Positions 10,367-19,815 of a DNA stretch of 41,703 nucleotides are shown here, in pieces. Positions within the stretch are counted from its first letter, which is position 1; every line of letters begins with the position of its first letter. The notes below the pieces were generated by a model. That model was given only the letters and a program-made list of their open reading frames with translations, did no database searches and was not told where the DNA came from. The stretch is taken from sequence record DRR723986_3509; one strand, written 5' to 3'. Both the position numbers and the translations under genes were made by a program.

Positions 10367-12210
10367 AGGTCGTTCCACAGGGAGTCGAAGCGCGACTCGG
10401 GCAACTTCTTTTGTTCACCACTCACCGGCGTACCTTGCTCCAGCTGGCGGATATAGCGGAAATCAAACTGCAGGAAGGTCGCGGTTGCCGCCAATTGCCG
10501 GGTGAGCTGGACCAGGAATTCCTCGTCTTTCTTCAGCAGGATGATTTTCTGCTTCTCGCGAAAGCCGCTGCGCGGGGTAATCAGGGTATGAGGTTTACCT
10601 ACCAGCTTGATTTCCGGCAGCAGCAGGACCCGCATCGGGTCGGACTGCTCCCCGGTTTTCTGGCTGATGCGCGCCGCGTAGGGCGTGGCGCGTGGACTCA
10701 GTAATTCCAGCCCTGCCAGGGCGTCGCCGTTCTTGACCTGGCTCACCCAGCGGATCACCGCCACCAGCCAGTGCTTCTGGTCCTCTTCCAGCACGGCGGC
10801 GATATCGCCGGTGCGGATGCCCGCTGGCAGGCCTCCCGGCCAGGCGACGCAATAGCCGCCGGGGCTGGTATTGACCACCTCCGCGCGGTGGATCGGATAG
10901 CGCTCGCCGCTTGCTTGCTGTTCGCCCTCCTCATCCTGTATCTCTGCCAGTGACTCCGGGTCGACATCGATATGGTGTGCCAGCTCCACTTCGCCATAAG
11001 CGGCGTCGGTAACCTCCTCGCTGTAGTCGTCGTCGGGGTTGGCCTCTTCCCAGGCGTCGCGTTTCTGCTCGACTAGCAGGAACGGATTCTTTGCCACCCG
11101 CTCGCCGGCCGGGGCGACGTAATCGTCTCCGTGCAGGAGTTGCTCCAGGGTCCGTCCCCCGGCAAGGTGGAAGTGGGTATTGCTCAGCCCGACGCTGATC
11201 CGCAGCTTGCCCTTGTTCGGTGCACGGGAAAAGTTGCGCTGGCTTGCGGTACCCAGCGACGCAATCAGGTGGTCCACGATATTCGCGGAGACGGCGGTCT
11301 CCCGATCAAACACGATCCCCTGCTGGCGCATGCTGCGATCATTCTCCCTGCGCTGCTCCAGCTCGGTGACCAGGGCTTCGGTGTCGATAAACCGGCTCTG
11401 GGGTCCGCTGGCCTCGCCGAGGATGGTGCTGTACATGGGCGGTCTGTCTGCGTCCAGGTCTACCCGGAACAGCGCCGGGCCTAGCTCCGGGCCGCCGAGG
11501 GCAATCAGCTCGCTCCACTCCAGCAGGCCTCGATAGATACCGGCGAGGTCGGACTGACGCAACTGGTTGGGTTTACAGCAGGCCAGGATCAGGGGTTGCA
11601 GGTAGGCCGCCTTGATTGATGCGCTGTGGCCGCTGTCGTTGGTCACCGGCAGTTCCTGCAGGTCCTGCCGTTCCGCCAGGCTGTAGAGCTGGTGCAGGGT
11701 GCGCCAGCTGTTCAACTCTACCGGCTGGTATAGCTGGAAGGTCAGCAGGATGCGCCTGCCGGCAAAGCTTAGCGCCCGGTACAGGCTCTCGCAGACCAGC
11801 CGCGCAGGGTTGATTTCTGCAAGGGTTTCCCGCGCGCGCAGCGTCTGCACCGCGCTCAGGGTGTAGGCGATGGTGGCCAGGCCCAGCAACCGATCTGCCA
11901 GGTCAGCGAGTTGACGAGGCTCCTCCGGCATGACCAGTGGCTGGTTCAGGAAGCGCTTGGCCAGCGTGTGCAAGGTCGTGTTGATGGTTGGCTGCAGCGT
12001 TTCCAGGATGAGGAAGCGCTGGTACGGCGCCAGTTCCACCCGGTTGAGCTCCTGCAGCGCGTGGGTGAGCTGCTGCACCACCGCGCGGGTATTGGTCACC
12101 GGCAGGCCTTCGGCCCAGGCCTGTGCGGCCTCCGGTTCGAGCTCGAAGCTGCTGAACGAGCTAAGGTCCTGCAGCGGCAGCCGTAACTTGATCGGCGAAC
12201 TGTCCGTCAT
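10363..12210 (-). CDS. FimW-like (PA4958-type) putative c-di-GMP receptor with a PilZ-like C-terminus
   Basis: Helical N-terminus (WAEGLPVTN...LNR), RxxxR motif QRNFSR and NxSxxG motif NTSPGGY. Sits next to serB/ytjB/parC as in Pseudomonas. Confidence 0.7.
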   Translation of the reverse strand: MTDSSPIKLRLPLQDLSSFSSFELEPEAAQAWAEGLPVTNTRAVVQQLTHALQELNRVELAPYQRFLILETLQPTINTTLHTLAKRFLNQPLVMPEEPRQLADLADRLLGLATIAYTLSAVQTLRARETLAEINPARLVCESLYRALSFAGRRILLTFQLYQPVELNSWRTLHQLYSLAERQDLQELPVTNDSGHSASIKAAYLQPLILACCKPNQLRQSDLAGIYRGLLEWSELIALGGPELGPALFRVDLDADRPPMYSTILGEASGPQSRFIDTEALVTELEQRRENDRSMRQQGIVFDRETAVSANIVDHLIASLGTASQRNFSRAPNKGKLRISVGLSNTHFHLAGGRTLEQLLHGDDYVAPAGERVAKNPFLLVEQKRDAWEEANPDDDYSEEVTDAAYGEVELAHHIDVDPESLAEIQDEEGEQQASGERYPIHRAEVVNTSPGGYCVAWPGGLPAGIRTGDIAAVLEEDQKHWLVAVIRWVSQVKNGDALAGLELLSPRATPYAARISQKTGEQSDPMRVLLLPEIKLVGKPHTLITPRSGFREKQKIILLKKDEEFLVQLTRQLAATATFLQFDFRYIRQLEQGTPVSGEQKKLPESRFDSLWNDL

Positions 12211-12373
12211 ATCCCCCAGGCCTCGACTTTATATTGGTAGTTATTGCCAGCCTATGTAGCAAGGTTAGACCATATCCGGCGGTTGTTGCCAGTCGGAAAC
12301 TCAGACTGCTGCCCAAGGCATACGGCTTGCGGTATCATAGGCGCCCTTCTTACTGGTGCAGTTTTGAACAGAC

Positions 12374-12946
12374 ATGGCTAACTATTCCACCAATGAATTT
12401 CGCTCCGGCCTGAAGGTCATGCTGGACGGCGAGCCCTGCAGCATTCTTGAGAACGAATTCGTCAAGCCCGGCAAGGGCCAGGCCTTCAACCGGGTGCGCC
12501 TGCGCAACCTGAAGACCGGCCGGGTCTGGGAGCGTACCTTCAAGTCGGGCGAGAGCCTCGAGGGCGCTGATGTTGTCGATCGGACGATGGAGTACCTGTA
12601 TACCGATGGTGAGTTCTGGTACTTCATGGAACCCGACACCTTCGAACAGCATCAGGCAGACGCCGGCGCAGTGGGTGATTCCAAGCAGTGGCTCAAGGAG
12701 CAGGACCCCTGCGAGGTGACCCTGTACAACGGCACGCCGCTGTCAGTTGCCCCCCCGAACTTTGTTGAGCTGGAGATCGTGGAGACTGATCCCGGCCTGA
12801 AAGGCGATACCGCCCAGGGCGGCAGCAAGCCGGCGACCCTCAGTACTGGCGCAGTGGTGAAGGTTCCCCTGTTCCTGAGCCGTGGTGAAGTTATCCGGGT
12901 GGATACCCGTACCGGTGAGTACCAGAACCGGGTGGGCAAGTCCTGA
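12374..12946 (+). CDS. efp: Elongation factor P
   Basis: Motifs [10 protein letters not shown] (Lys-type modification loop), TDPGLKGDT and VDTRTGEY. Confidence 0.97.
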   Translation: MANYSTNEFRSGLKVMLDGEPCSILENEFVKPGKGQAFNRVRLRNLKTGRVWERTFKSGESLEGADVVDRTMEYLYTDGEFWYFMEPDTFEQHQADAGAVGDSKQWLKEQDPCEVTLYNGTPLSVAPPNFVELEIVETDPGLKGDTAQGGSKPATLSTGAVVKVPLFLSRGEVIRVDTRTGEYQNRVGKS

Positions 12947-12950
12947 GCAG

Positions 12951-13907
12951 GTGAACGACTGGCGTCCCGGCGCCGGCCCGGCGCAGCTGCAGGCACGCGC
13001 CAGGCTGCTGGCGCAGATTCGCGAGTTTTTCCAGCAGCGCGCAGTTCTTGAAGTCGAAACGCCTCTCCTGTGCCAGGCGGGTATCACCGATCCGGCGATT
13101 GAGCCGCTGATTGTTCCCGGCGGCGACTCATTGCAGGGTCCGCGCTTCCTGCAAACCTCCCCAGAATATGCGATGAAGCGCCTGCTCGCCGCCGGCAGCG
13201 GCCCGATCTACCAGCTTGCCCGGGCGTTCCGCGACGGCGAGGCCGGGCGCCGCCACAATCCCGAGTTTTCCCTGCTGGAATGGTATCGCCCCGGCTTTGA
13301 CCACCACCAGCTGATGGACGAAGTGGCGGAGCTCGTCCAGCACTGCCTCGGCCCGCGTCCCTGGAGCAAACTCAGCTACCGCCAGCTGTTTCTCGAGGAA
13401 CTCGGGATTGATCCGCTGATTGTGGATACCGCAGAGCTGCAACGCCTGGCCCTGGAGCGAGTCGACGTCGGTGCAATGCAGGGTGACCGTGATCTCTGGC
13501 TGGACCTGTTGCTGAGTCACTGCATCGAGCCGGCGCTGGCCCAGCGCGGTATGTGCTTTGTCCATGACTACCCCGCATCGCAGGCGGCACTGGCGCGGGT
13601 GGTTGAGGTCGACGGCGTCGCCGTTGCGCAGCGCTTTGAGCTGTATGTCGATGGCCTGGAACTGGCCAATGGTTATTTTGAGCTATGCGGGGCGCAGGAG
13701 CAGGAGCAGCGTTTCCAGGCCGATAACCGCGTCCGCCGCGAGCGTGGCCAGCCCGAGCGACCCGTCGATGCGCAGTTGCTGGCGGCGCTGGCGGCCGGGC
13801 TGCCGGAATGCAGTGGCGTGGCATTGGGTGTCGACCGGCTGCTCATGCTCGCCTGCGGCGCGAGCGATATTCGCCAGGTACTGGCCTTCGATTGGGCGCG
13901 CTGCTAG
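12951..13907 (+). CDS. epmA: EF-P beta-lysyl ligase EpmA (GenX/PoxA)
   Basis: Motifs LQTSPEYAMKRLLAAG, FRDGEAGRRHNPEF, ELANGYFEL and CSGVALGVDRL, with no anticodon-binding domain. GTG start 4 nt after the efp stop. Confidence 0.93.
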   Translation: MNDWRPGAGPAQLQARARLLAQIREFFQQRAVLEVETPLLCQAGITDPAIEPLIVPGGDSLQGPRFLQTSPEYAMKRLLAAGSGPIYQLARAFRDGEAGRRHNPEFSLLEWYRPGFDHHQLMDEVAELVQHCLGPRPWSKLSYRQLFLEELGIDPLIVDTAELQRLALERVDVGAMQGDRDLWLDLLLSHCIEPALAQRGMCFVHDYPASQAALARVVEVDGVAVAQRFELYVDGLELANGYFELCGAQEQEQRFQADNRVRRERGQPERPVDAQLLAALAAGLPECSGVALGVDRLLMLACGASDIRQVLAFDWARC

Positions 13908-14377
13908 CCGTCCAGGGGCGTTAGCGCTTCCAGACCGAGAATGGCCGGACCGTAACCCGCGATAAACTCGGCGGGCATCCGTCGCGGGCGCCCCGAACTC
14001 AGTTCAATGCAGACAAAGCGCATGGCACCGCGCAGCAGGGTTGCGCCGTCGGCTACCCGCAGGATCTGGAAGCGGCGACTCATACTCAAGCGGCCATCCC
14101 AGTTGACGATCCAGGTGCCCGCCACCAGTTGCTCACCTTCTCTGGAGGCCTGCAGGTACTGGTATTGTGCATGGGTGATGGCCATCGCCCTGTCCAGTTC
14201 CTGGTAGCTGCCCAGATCCAGGCCCAGGGCCACGGAATGGGCCCAGGCGACCTGCTCGCACCAGCGCACATAGACCGTGTTATTGGTGTGCTGCAGGCCA
14301 TCGATATCCTGCGGCGCTACCTGGACCTCATGGGTAAACGGGTCCGGGTAATCCCACAGCGCATCGAGTGAAGACAA
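13904..14377 (-). CDS. 4HBT/YbgC-like acyl-CoA thioesterase
   Basis: Hot-dog fold motif DIDGLQHTNNTVYVRW. Likely TTG start at 14377 just after the nhaC stop; the start is uncertain. Confidence 0.85.
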   Translation of the reverse strand: MSSLDALWDYPDPFTHEVQVAPQDIDGLQHTNNTVYVRWCEQVAWAHSVALGLDLGSYQELDRAMAITHAQYQYLQASREGEQLVAGTWIVNWDGRLSMSRRFQILRVADGATLLRGAMRFVCIELSSGRPRRMPAEFIAGYGPAILGLEALTPLDG

Positions 14378-14378
14378 G

Positions 14379-15866
14379 TCAGCTTCCCTGGACAGCGGGC
14401 GCCCCCGCCACGGATTCCGTTGGCTCAAGTGGCTTCTGGGCGAAGTTGGCAAAGCCGTAGATCACGGCGATCAGTGGGCACAGCAGGTTGAAGAAGGCAA
14501 ACGGCGCGTAGCTGAGGGTGGCCACCCCGAGGGTCGCCGACATGTAGGCGCCACAGGTATTCCAGGGAATCAGCGCCGAGGTCAGGGTGGCGGAATCCTC
14601 CAGGGTGCGCGACAGGTTGAGCCGCGACAGCCCGCGCCGCGCGTACTCGTCCTTGTACATGCGCCCGGGCAGGGCGACCGCGATGAACTGGTCAGCGGCC
14701 AGGATGTTAGCGCTGATGCAGGTGATGACCGTCGTGCTGATCAGGCTGCCGGTACTGCGCACCCCGCGCATCGCCTGGGCCAGCAGGTAATTGAGGATAC
14801 CGGTACGCTCCAGTACGCCGCCGAAACCCAGGGCGCAGACGATCAGCCAGACCGTATTGAGCATGCTGCTCATGCCGCCCTTGCTGAGCAGTGCATCGAG
14901 AAACGGGTTGCCGCTGTCGGAGACATAGCCGTCGAACAGGCTGATCCAGATCCCCTTGACCAGCAAGAACCCGGTACCGAAGCCGTCACTGTCACCCGCC
15001 AGTTTCAGCACCACGTCAGGCTGGAAGACCACGGCAAACAGCGCGCCCAGCAGCGCGCTGAGGACGATGGCAGGGTAGGCGGGAAAGCGCTTGTAGACCA
15101 GCCCGAGCATGACCAGCAGCGGTAACAGCAGATGTATGCCGATGTGGAACTCGGCCTGCAGGCTCCGTTGCAGGGCCGCGATTTCTTCCGGGGTGGCGGC
15201 GTTGGAGCTGCCGATGAGTGCGAACAGGACCAGCGCAATAATGAAACTCGGCAAGGTCGTCCACAGCATGTGGCGAATATGGTCGAACAGGTCGACCCCG
15301 GTGGAGGCGGCGGCAAGGTTGGTGGTATCAGACATTGGCGATAGCTTGTCGCCAAAATACGCACCGGAGATGATCGCTCCCGCAGTGATAGCCGGCGACA
15401 GTTCAAAGCTGCCGGCGATGCCCATCAGGCCGATCCCCAGGGTGCCGGCCACGGTCCAGGAGCTGCCGATGCTGATTGCCACGATGGCGCAGATCAGAGC
15501 GCTCGCGGCATAAAAAATAGACGGATTCAGCACCTCGACCCCGTAGTAGATCATCGCCGGTACCGTCCCGGCGAGAATCCAGGTGCCGATCAGCATACCC
15601 ACGGACAGCAGGATGAGGGTTGGGCCCAGGCCTACCCCTATACCGTTGATGATGCCCTCCTGGGCCATGCGCCAGCTGATCCCGGTGCGGTGGCCGACCA
15701 GGGCCGCGACGCAGGTCGCCAGCACCAGTGCAATCTGGTTGGCGCCATAGGACGAGTCGGAGCCGAACAGGTAGACCGAGCAGGCCAGCAGGCTGATCAG
15801 GAACAGGATCGGGGTCAGCGCCAGCAGGGGTGTCAGTCGCGGGTTTTCATGGCGGGGATTGCTCAT
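14379..15866 (-). CDS. nhaC: Na+/H+ antiporter NhaC family transporter
   Basis: Motifs GTVPAMIYYG, GSSWTVAGTLG, GAYFGDKLSPMSDTTNLA and LIPWNTCGAYM, with many hydrophobic helices. Start placed at ATG 15866 (MSNPRH). Confidence 0.9.
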   Translation of the reverse strand: MSNPRHENPRLTPLLALTPILFLISLLACSVYLFGSDSSYGANQIALVLATCVAALVGHRTGISWRMAQEGIINGIGVGLGPTLILLSVGMLIGTWILAGTVPAMIYYGVEVLNPSIFYAASALICAIVAISIGSSWTVAGTLGIGLMGIAGSFELSPAITAGAIISGAYFGDKLSPMSDTTNLAAASTGVDLFDHIRHMLWTTLPSFIIALVLFALIGSSNAATPEEIAALQRSLQAEFHIGIHLLLPLLVMLGLVYKRFPAYPAIVLSALLGALFAVVFQPDVVLKLAGDSDGFGTGFLLVKGIWISLFDGYVSDSGNPFLDALLSKGGMSSMLNTVWLIVCALGFGGVLERTGILNYLLAQAMRGVRSTGSLISTTVITCISANILAADQFIAVALPGRMYKDEYARRGLSRLNLSRTLEDSATLTSALIPWNTCGAYMSATLGVATLSYAPFAFFNLLCPLIAVIYGFANFAQKPLEPTESVAGAPAVQGS

Positions 15867-16055
15867 GCGTCTGTGGTTCGGCCTCGGCTGTACGGATGTG
15901 TTGCGCGCGTCATCGCCGGCGCGAGCGAGGTTGCAGGATGCCCCAAAACCCGGGCGGGGTACAGGGCGGGGCCGACTGCCAGATTCGCTCTGACAGGGCG
16001 CGGGCATATCAATTACCATAACGGTGCCCTGCTACCAGCTTACCCGGAACTGTGA

Positions 16056-17237
16056 ATGAACCGTCTCGCTGCAACGACTCTCGCCGCCCTGGCTACCGTG
16101 GCCTGCCTAAGCTTGCCCGCCTGTGTTGGACCTGCCAGGGAGGGGCCTCCGCCCACCGCCGCCCTGCGCGAAGCCCCCGCCGGCAGTAAAACCCCTGGCC
16201 AGGAAACCCCGGTTATCGTGCGTACCCTGGTAGATGGCCTGAAGGAGCCCTGGGGCATGGATTTTCTGCCCGATGGCAGCCTGCTGGTGACCGAACTGGG
16301 CGGTGTCCTGAAGCGTATCGACATGCGCAGCTTTGCCGTCACTGAAATCAGTGGTGTGCCGGAGATCGTGCAGGCGGGCCAGGGCGGCCTGCTGGATGTC
16401 CTGGTGCACCCGGATGTCGCGCGCAATGGCTGGATTTATCTCAGTTACACCGTCGCCGAGGACGGGCTTTACAGCACCCGGGTCAGTCGGGCGCAGCTCC
16501 AGGGCAGCAAACTGGTCGAACCGGAGGTGCTGTTTACCGCGCAGCCTTTTTTCGAACAACGGCGTCACTTCGGTTCCCGCCTGCTGCTGGATGAGGGATA
16601 TCTCTACATCACGGTAGGCGATCGCGGTAACCGGCCGCTGGCGCAGAGCCTCGACACCCATAACGGCAAGGTGTTGCGCCTGTTCGAGGACGGGCGCGTG
16701 CCGCAGGACAATCCCTTCGTCGGTCGAGCCGGGGCACGGCCGGAGATCTGGACCTATGGTCACCGCAACCCCCAGGGGCTGGCGAAACACCCCGGCAACG
16801 GCCAGATATGGGTAGCGGAGCACGGGCCCCAGGGGGGTGATGAGATCAACGCCCTGCGCCCCGGCGCCAACTATGGCTGGCCGGTAATCAGTTACGGTGA
16901 AGAGTACGGGGGCGGGCAGATCGGCACCGGCACCCATGCGCAGGGCATGGAACAACCCCTGGTGTACTGGGTGCCATCCATCGGCACCGGCAACATCGAT
17001 TTCTACACGGGGGATGTCTATCCCGGCTGGTCCGATTCGCTGCTGGTGGCGGGACTCAAGCTGCAGCGGATCAGCCGCCTTGAGCTGGAAGGTGATGGGC
17101 TGGGCGCGGAGACCCGGTTGCTGGCCGACCTGGGCATGCGGGTACGCGACCTGCAGATCGGCCCTGACGGCCTGCTCTATGGCCTGGCGGCGGGCTCCCG
17201 CCTGATCCGCCTGCAGCCGGACCACCAGGGCCCGTGA
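16056..17237 (+). CDS. PQQ-dependent aldose sugar dehydrogenase (YliI/Asd family), exported, possibly a lipoprotein
   Basis: Motifs GLKEPWGMDFLPDG, GQGGLLDV, HFGSRL, YGHRNPQG, EHGPQGGDEIN and NYGWP. N-terminal signal peptide containing Cys. Confidence 0.9.
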   Translation: MNRLAATTLAALATVACLSLPACVGPAREGPPPTAALREAPAGSKTPGQETPVIVRTLVDGLKEPWGMDFLPDGSLLVTELGGVLKRIDMRSFAVTEISGVPEIVQAGQGGLLDVLVHPDVARNGWIYLSYTVAEDGLYSTRVSRAQLQGSKLVEPEVLFTAQPFFEQRRHFGSRLLLDEGYLYITVGDRGNRPLAQSLDTHNGKVLRLFEDGRVPQDNPFVGRAGARPEIWTYGHRNPQGLAKHPGNGQIWVAEHGPQGGDEINALRPGANYGWPVISYGEEYGGGQIGTGTHAQGMEQPLVYWVPSIGTGNIDFYTGDVYPGWSDSLLVAGLKLQRISRLELEGDGLGAETRLLADLGMRVRDLQIGPDGLLYGLAAGSRLIRLQPDHQGP

Positions 17238-18127
17238 CCGACGATCGCCGGGCGCTGCTCTACGGCCTTTCCGCCGTCCTGCTGTGGTCCACGGTGGCCA
17301 CAGCGTTCAAGCTGGCACTGCGCGAACTGGAGGTGATCCAGCTGCTGACCTATGCCTGCTGCTGCTCGGCGCTGTCCCTGCTACTGATTGTGCTGGTCCG
17401 GGGCCGGGGCGCGCTGCTGTGGCAGTACCTGCGCCAGACGCCGGGTTACTTCCTGCTGATGGCGCTGCTCAATCCGCTGGCCTACTACCTCATTCTGTTG
17501 CGGGCCTACGACCTGTTGCCCGCCCAGCAGGCCCAGACTATCAATTACACCTGGGCGATCACCCTCGCGCTGCTGGCGGTGCCGCTGCTGGGCCAGCGAC
17601 TCTCCGGCCGTGATCTGCTGGCGGTAGTGCTCGGTTACTCGGGGGTGGTGATTATCGCCACCGAGGGGCGCGTCCTGGCGCTGGAGTTCGCCAGTCTCGA
17701 GGGTGTGGTCTACGCCCTGGTCAGCACGGTTATCTGGGCCCTGTACTGGATCGCCAGTGCGCGCAATACCCGTGACCCGGTAGCCTGTCTGGCGCTTAAT
17801 TTCCTGCTGGCAACGCCGCTTGCGCTGGTCCTGTGTGCGACGTTTTCCAGTCTGGTGCCGCCCTCCGGTTCCGCCTTCGCCGCGGCGGCCTATGTGGGCC
17901 TGTTCGAAATGGGCGTGACCTTCGCCCTCTGGTCCACGGCCCTGCGTCTCGCCAGCGGGGTGTCCCGGGTCGGCAATCTCATTTTTCTCGCTCCGCTGCT
18001 GTCCATGGGGTTCATCGCCGGTGTGCTCGGGGAAGCCATTCACCCGGCGACCCTGGTCGGGCTGGCCCTGATAATCCCCGGGGTGTTGTTGCAGCAGAGC
18101 CAGCGAACTACCGCGGACCCGGCTTGA
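17234..18127 (+). CDS. EamA/DMT family transporter
   Basis: About 10 hydrophobic helices in two repeats, with LLWSTVATAFKL and AYDLLPAQQAQTINYTW. GTGA overlap with the upstream gene. Confidence 0.88.
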   Translation: MTDDRRALLYGLSAVLLWSTVATAFKLALRELEVIQLLTYACCCSALSLLLIVLVRGRGALLWQYLRQTPGYFLLMALLNPLAYYLILLRAYDLLPAQQAQTINYTWAITLALLAVPLLGQRLSGRDLLAVVLGYSGVVIIATEGRVLALEFASLEGVVYALVSTVIWALYWIASARNTRDPVACLALNFLLATPLALVLCATFSSLVPPSGSAFAAAAYVGLFEMGVTFALWSTALRLASGVSRVGNLIFLAPLLSMGFIAGVLGEAIHPATLVGLALIIPGVLLQQSQRTTADPA

Positions 18128-18135
18128 GCTTGGCG

Positions 18136-19815
18136 ATGGTGTCCCCCGCCGCCGCGCCGGTCGAACTGCCCCCGCGCTATTACCTGGATAATTTCCAGCG
18201 CCTGTGCACGACCGTCGAGTCCCAGTATGGCGATCTACTGAGTGCGGATGAACAGCAGTTCCTCGCTGCCCTGCAGTGCCTCGACGAGGCGGCGCGCTGC
18301 CTCTACGTGCGCCTGGTGTCCCGGGTCGGCCCCTGGTTTCGCGCCGATAAACTGGATTACCCCGAGATTGGCCCGGTGACAGTACCCCTGCGTGAGTTGC
18401 AGCAAGCGAAGCTGGCGCAGGCGGCGGATGCCCTGGCCGCGATCGATCTTGGCCAGCTGTTCACCCGCGCGGAGCTGACCGCGATGTTTGCCGAAGAGCT
18501 GGCCGCTGATCTCGGGCGCGCGCCGGACAAGACTAGCCTGCTGGAGGCCATTGCCGCGCTCGAGCTGCCCCCTGGGAATCTCGCTGCGCGTGCCGGGGAA
18601 TGGGTGGGAGCCCCGATTGTGGCGCCGCTTGGTGGCGAGCATGTCGCCCTGATGCAACTGCTGTTTTTCGGCAATCGACGGCAGGGACTGACCGAGTTCG
18701 TGCTTAGTGACCTGGGCATCTTCAATTATTTTCCCTATCAACTGGACCGCAGCCAGCGGCTGTTCCCTGACCGAACGGCGCTTGACGAGTATCTCGCCTG
18801 CGGGCTGCTGGCTGACGCCTATGCTGCCTGGCGCGACCAGCCGGATGCCGACCAGCTGTGCGAACTGGCGCACCAGGTCGCGCAGTTCCCGGTCCGCTCC
18901 GATGCCAGTCGCCGCCGGCACCATCGGCTGTGCAATGCGGTGGCACGTGATCTCGAGCGTCAGGGCCAGTGGCAGCTGGCGGCGCGGCTGTACGCGCTGA
19001 GCGAACTGCATCCGGCGCGGGAGCGGCTGGCACGGGTCTGCGAGGCGACTGATGACCTGCCGGGCGCGGAGCAGCACTGTCGGGCGATCCTCGCCGACCC
19101 CTGGTGCGAAGCGGAACGAACCGCCGCTGACCGGATCCTGCCGCGGGTGCGGCGCAAGGCTCACGGCGAAACCTCGCCCCGCCGGCGCGATAAGTTCGTC
19201 GAGCTGCACCTGGAGATTCCCCGACTTACCGGCTCAGTGGAGCGGGATACGGCGGCAGCTCTCGCCGGGGAGTGGCAGCATGTGTTCTACGTCGAGAACG
19301 GCCTGATGAACAGCCTGTTCGGCCTCGCGTTCTGGGAAGTGATCTTTGCCCCGGTGCCCGGGGCGTTTCACAACCCCTTCCAGGCGGTGCCGTCGGATAT
19401 GTACGAGCAGGGGTTTCGCCGGCGGCGGGACGCGCTGGTGCAGCGGCGTCTTGCCGAGCTGCAGCGGGTGGATCTGGCGGCGGAACTGCAGTCGGTCGCC
19501 CGGCGTTACCGGGGTTTCCAGAATCGCTGGGTGAGCTGGCAGCTGTTGCAGGAGGATCTGCTGGAATGTGCCTGTGCCTGTATTCCCGCCGCGCACCTGC
19601 TGGCCGTTTGGCAGCGCATCCTGTTTGACCCCGGGGAAAACCGGCGCGGGTTCCCCGACCTGGTGGCTTTCAATCCGGCACAGGCGGACTACCGCATGAT
19701 CGAGGTAAAAGGCCCCGGTGACAGCTTGCAGGACAGCCAGCGGCACTGGCTGCGGTTTTTCGATGAGCGGCAGCTGCCTGCCGCGGTGGCCTGGGTGAGC
19801 TGGCAGGATGGGTGA
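18136..19815 (+). CDS. FAN1-like VRR-NUC structure-specific nuclease
   Basis: N-terminal YYLDNF, LYVRL and LLFFGN..Q.LTEFVLSDLG, a TPR-like middle, and C-terminal VRR-NUC GFPDL...IEVKGPGDSLQDSQRHW. Start ATG 18136 (559 aa); the longer ORF-track frame overlaps the DMT gene. Confidence 0.9.
   Translation: MVSPAAAPVELPPRYYLDNFQRLCTTVESQYGDLLSADEQQFLAALQCLDEAARCLYVRLVSRVGPWFRADKLDYPEIGPVTVPLRELQQAKLAQAADALAAIDLGQLFTRAELTAMFAEELAADLGRAPDKTSLLEAIAALELPPGNLAARAGEWVGAPIVAPLGGEHVALMQLLFFGNRRQGLTEFVLSDLGIFNYFPYQLDRSQRLFPDRTALDEYLACGLLADAYAAWRDQPDADQLCELAHQVAQFPVRSDASRRRHHRLCNAVARDLERQGQWQLAARLYALSELHPARERLARVCEATDDLPGAEQHCRAILADPWCEAERTAADRILPRVRRKAHGETSPRRRDKFVELHLEIPRLTGSVERDTAAALAGEWQHVFYVENGLMNSLFGLAFWEVIFAPVPGAFHNPFQAVPSDMYEQGFRRRRDALVQRRLAELQRVDLAAELQSVARRYRGFQNRWVSWQLLQEDLLECACACIPAAHLLAVWQRILFDPGENRRGFPDLVAFNPAQADYRMIEVKGPGDSLQDSQRHWLRFFDERQLPAAVAWVSWQDG

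Noticed and set aside
12240..12290. Possible sigma54 promoter for the FimW-like gene (TGGTCTAACCTTGCT on minus)
   Set aside because: GG-to-GC spacing is 9 nt rather than the required 10.
15867..16055. Riboswitch upstream of nhaC
   Set aside because: Several short GC stems, but no lysine, SAM or nhaA-motif consensus that I could recognise and no terminator.
16107..17225. 372-aa minus-strand ORF
   Set aside because: Antisense shadow of the PQQ dehydrogenase gene.
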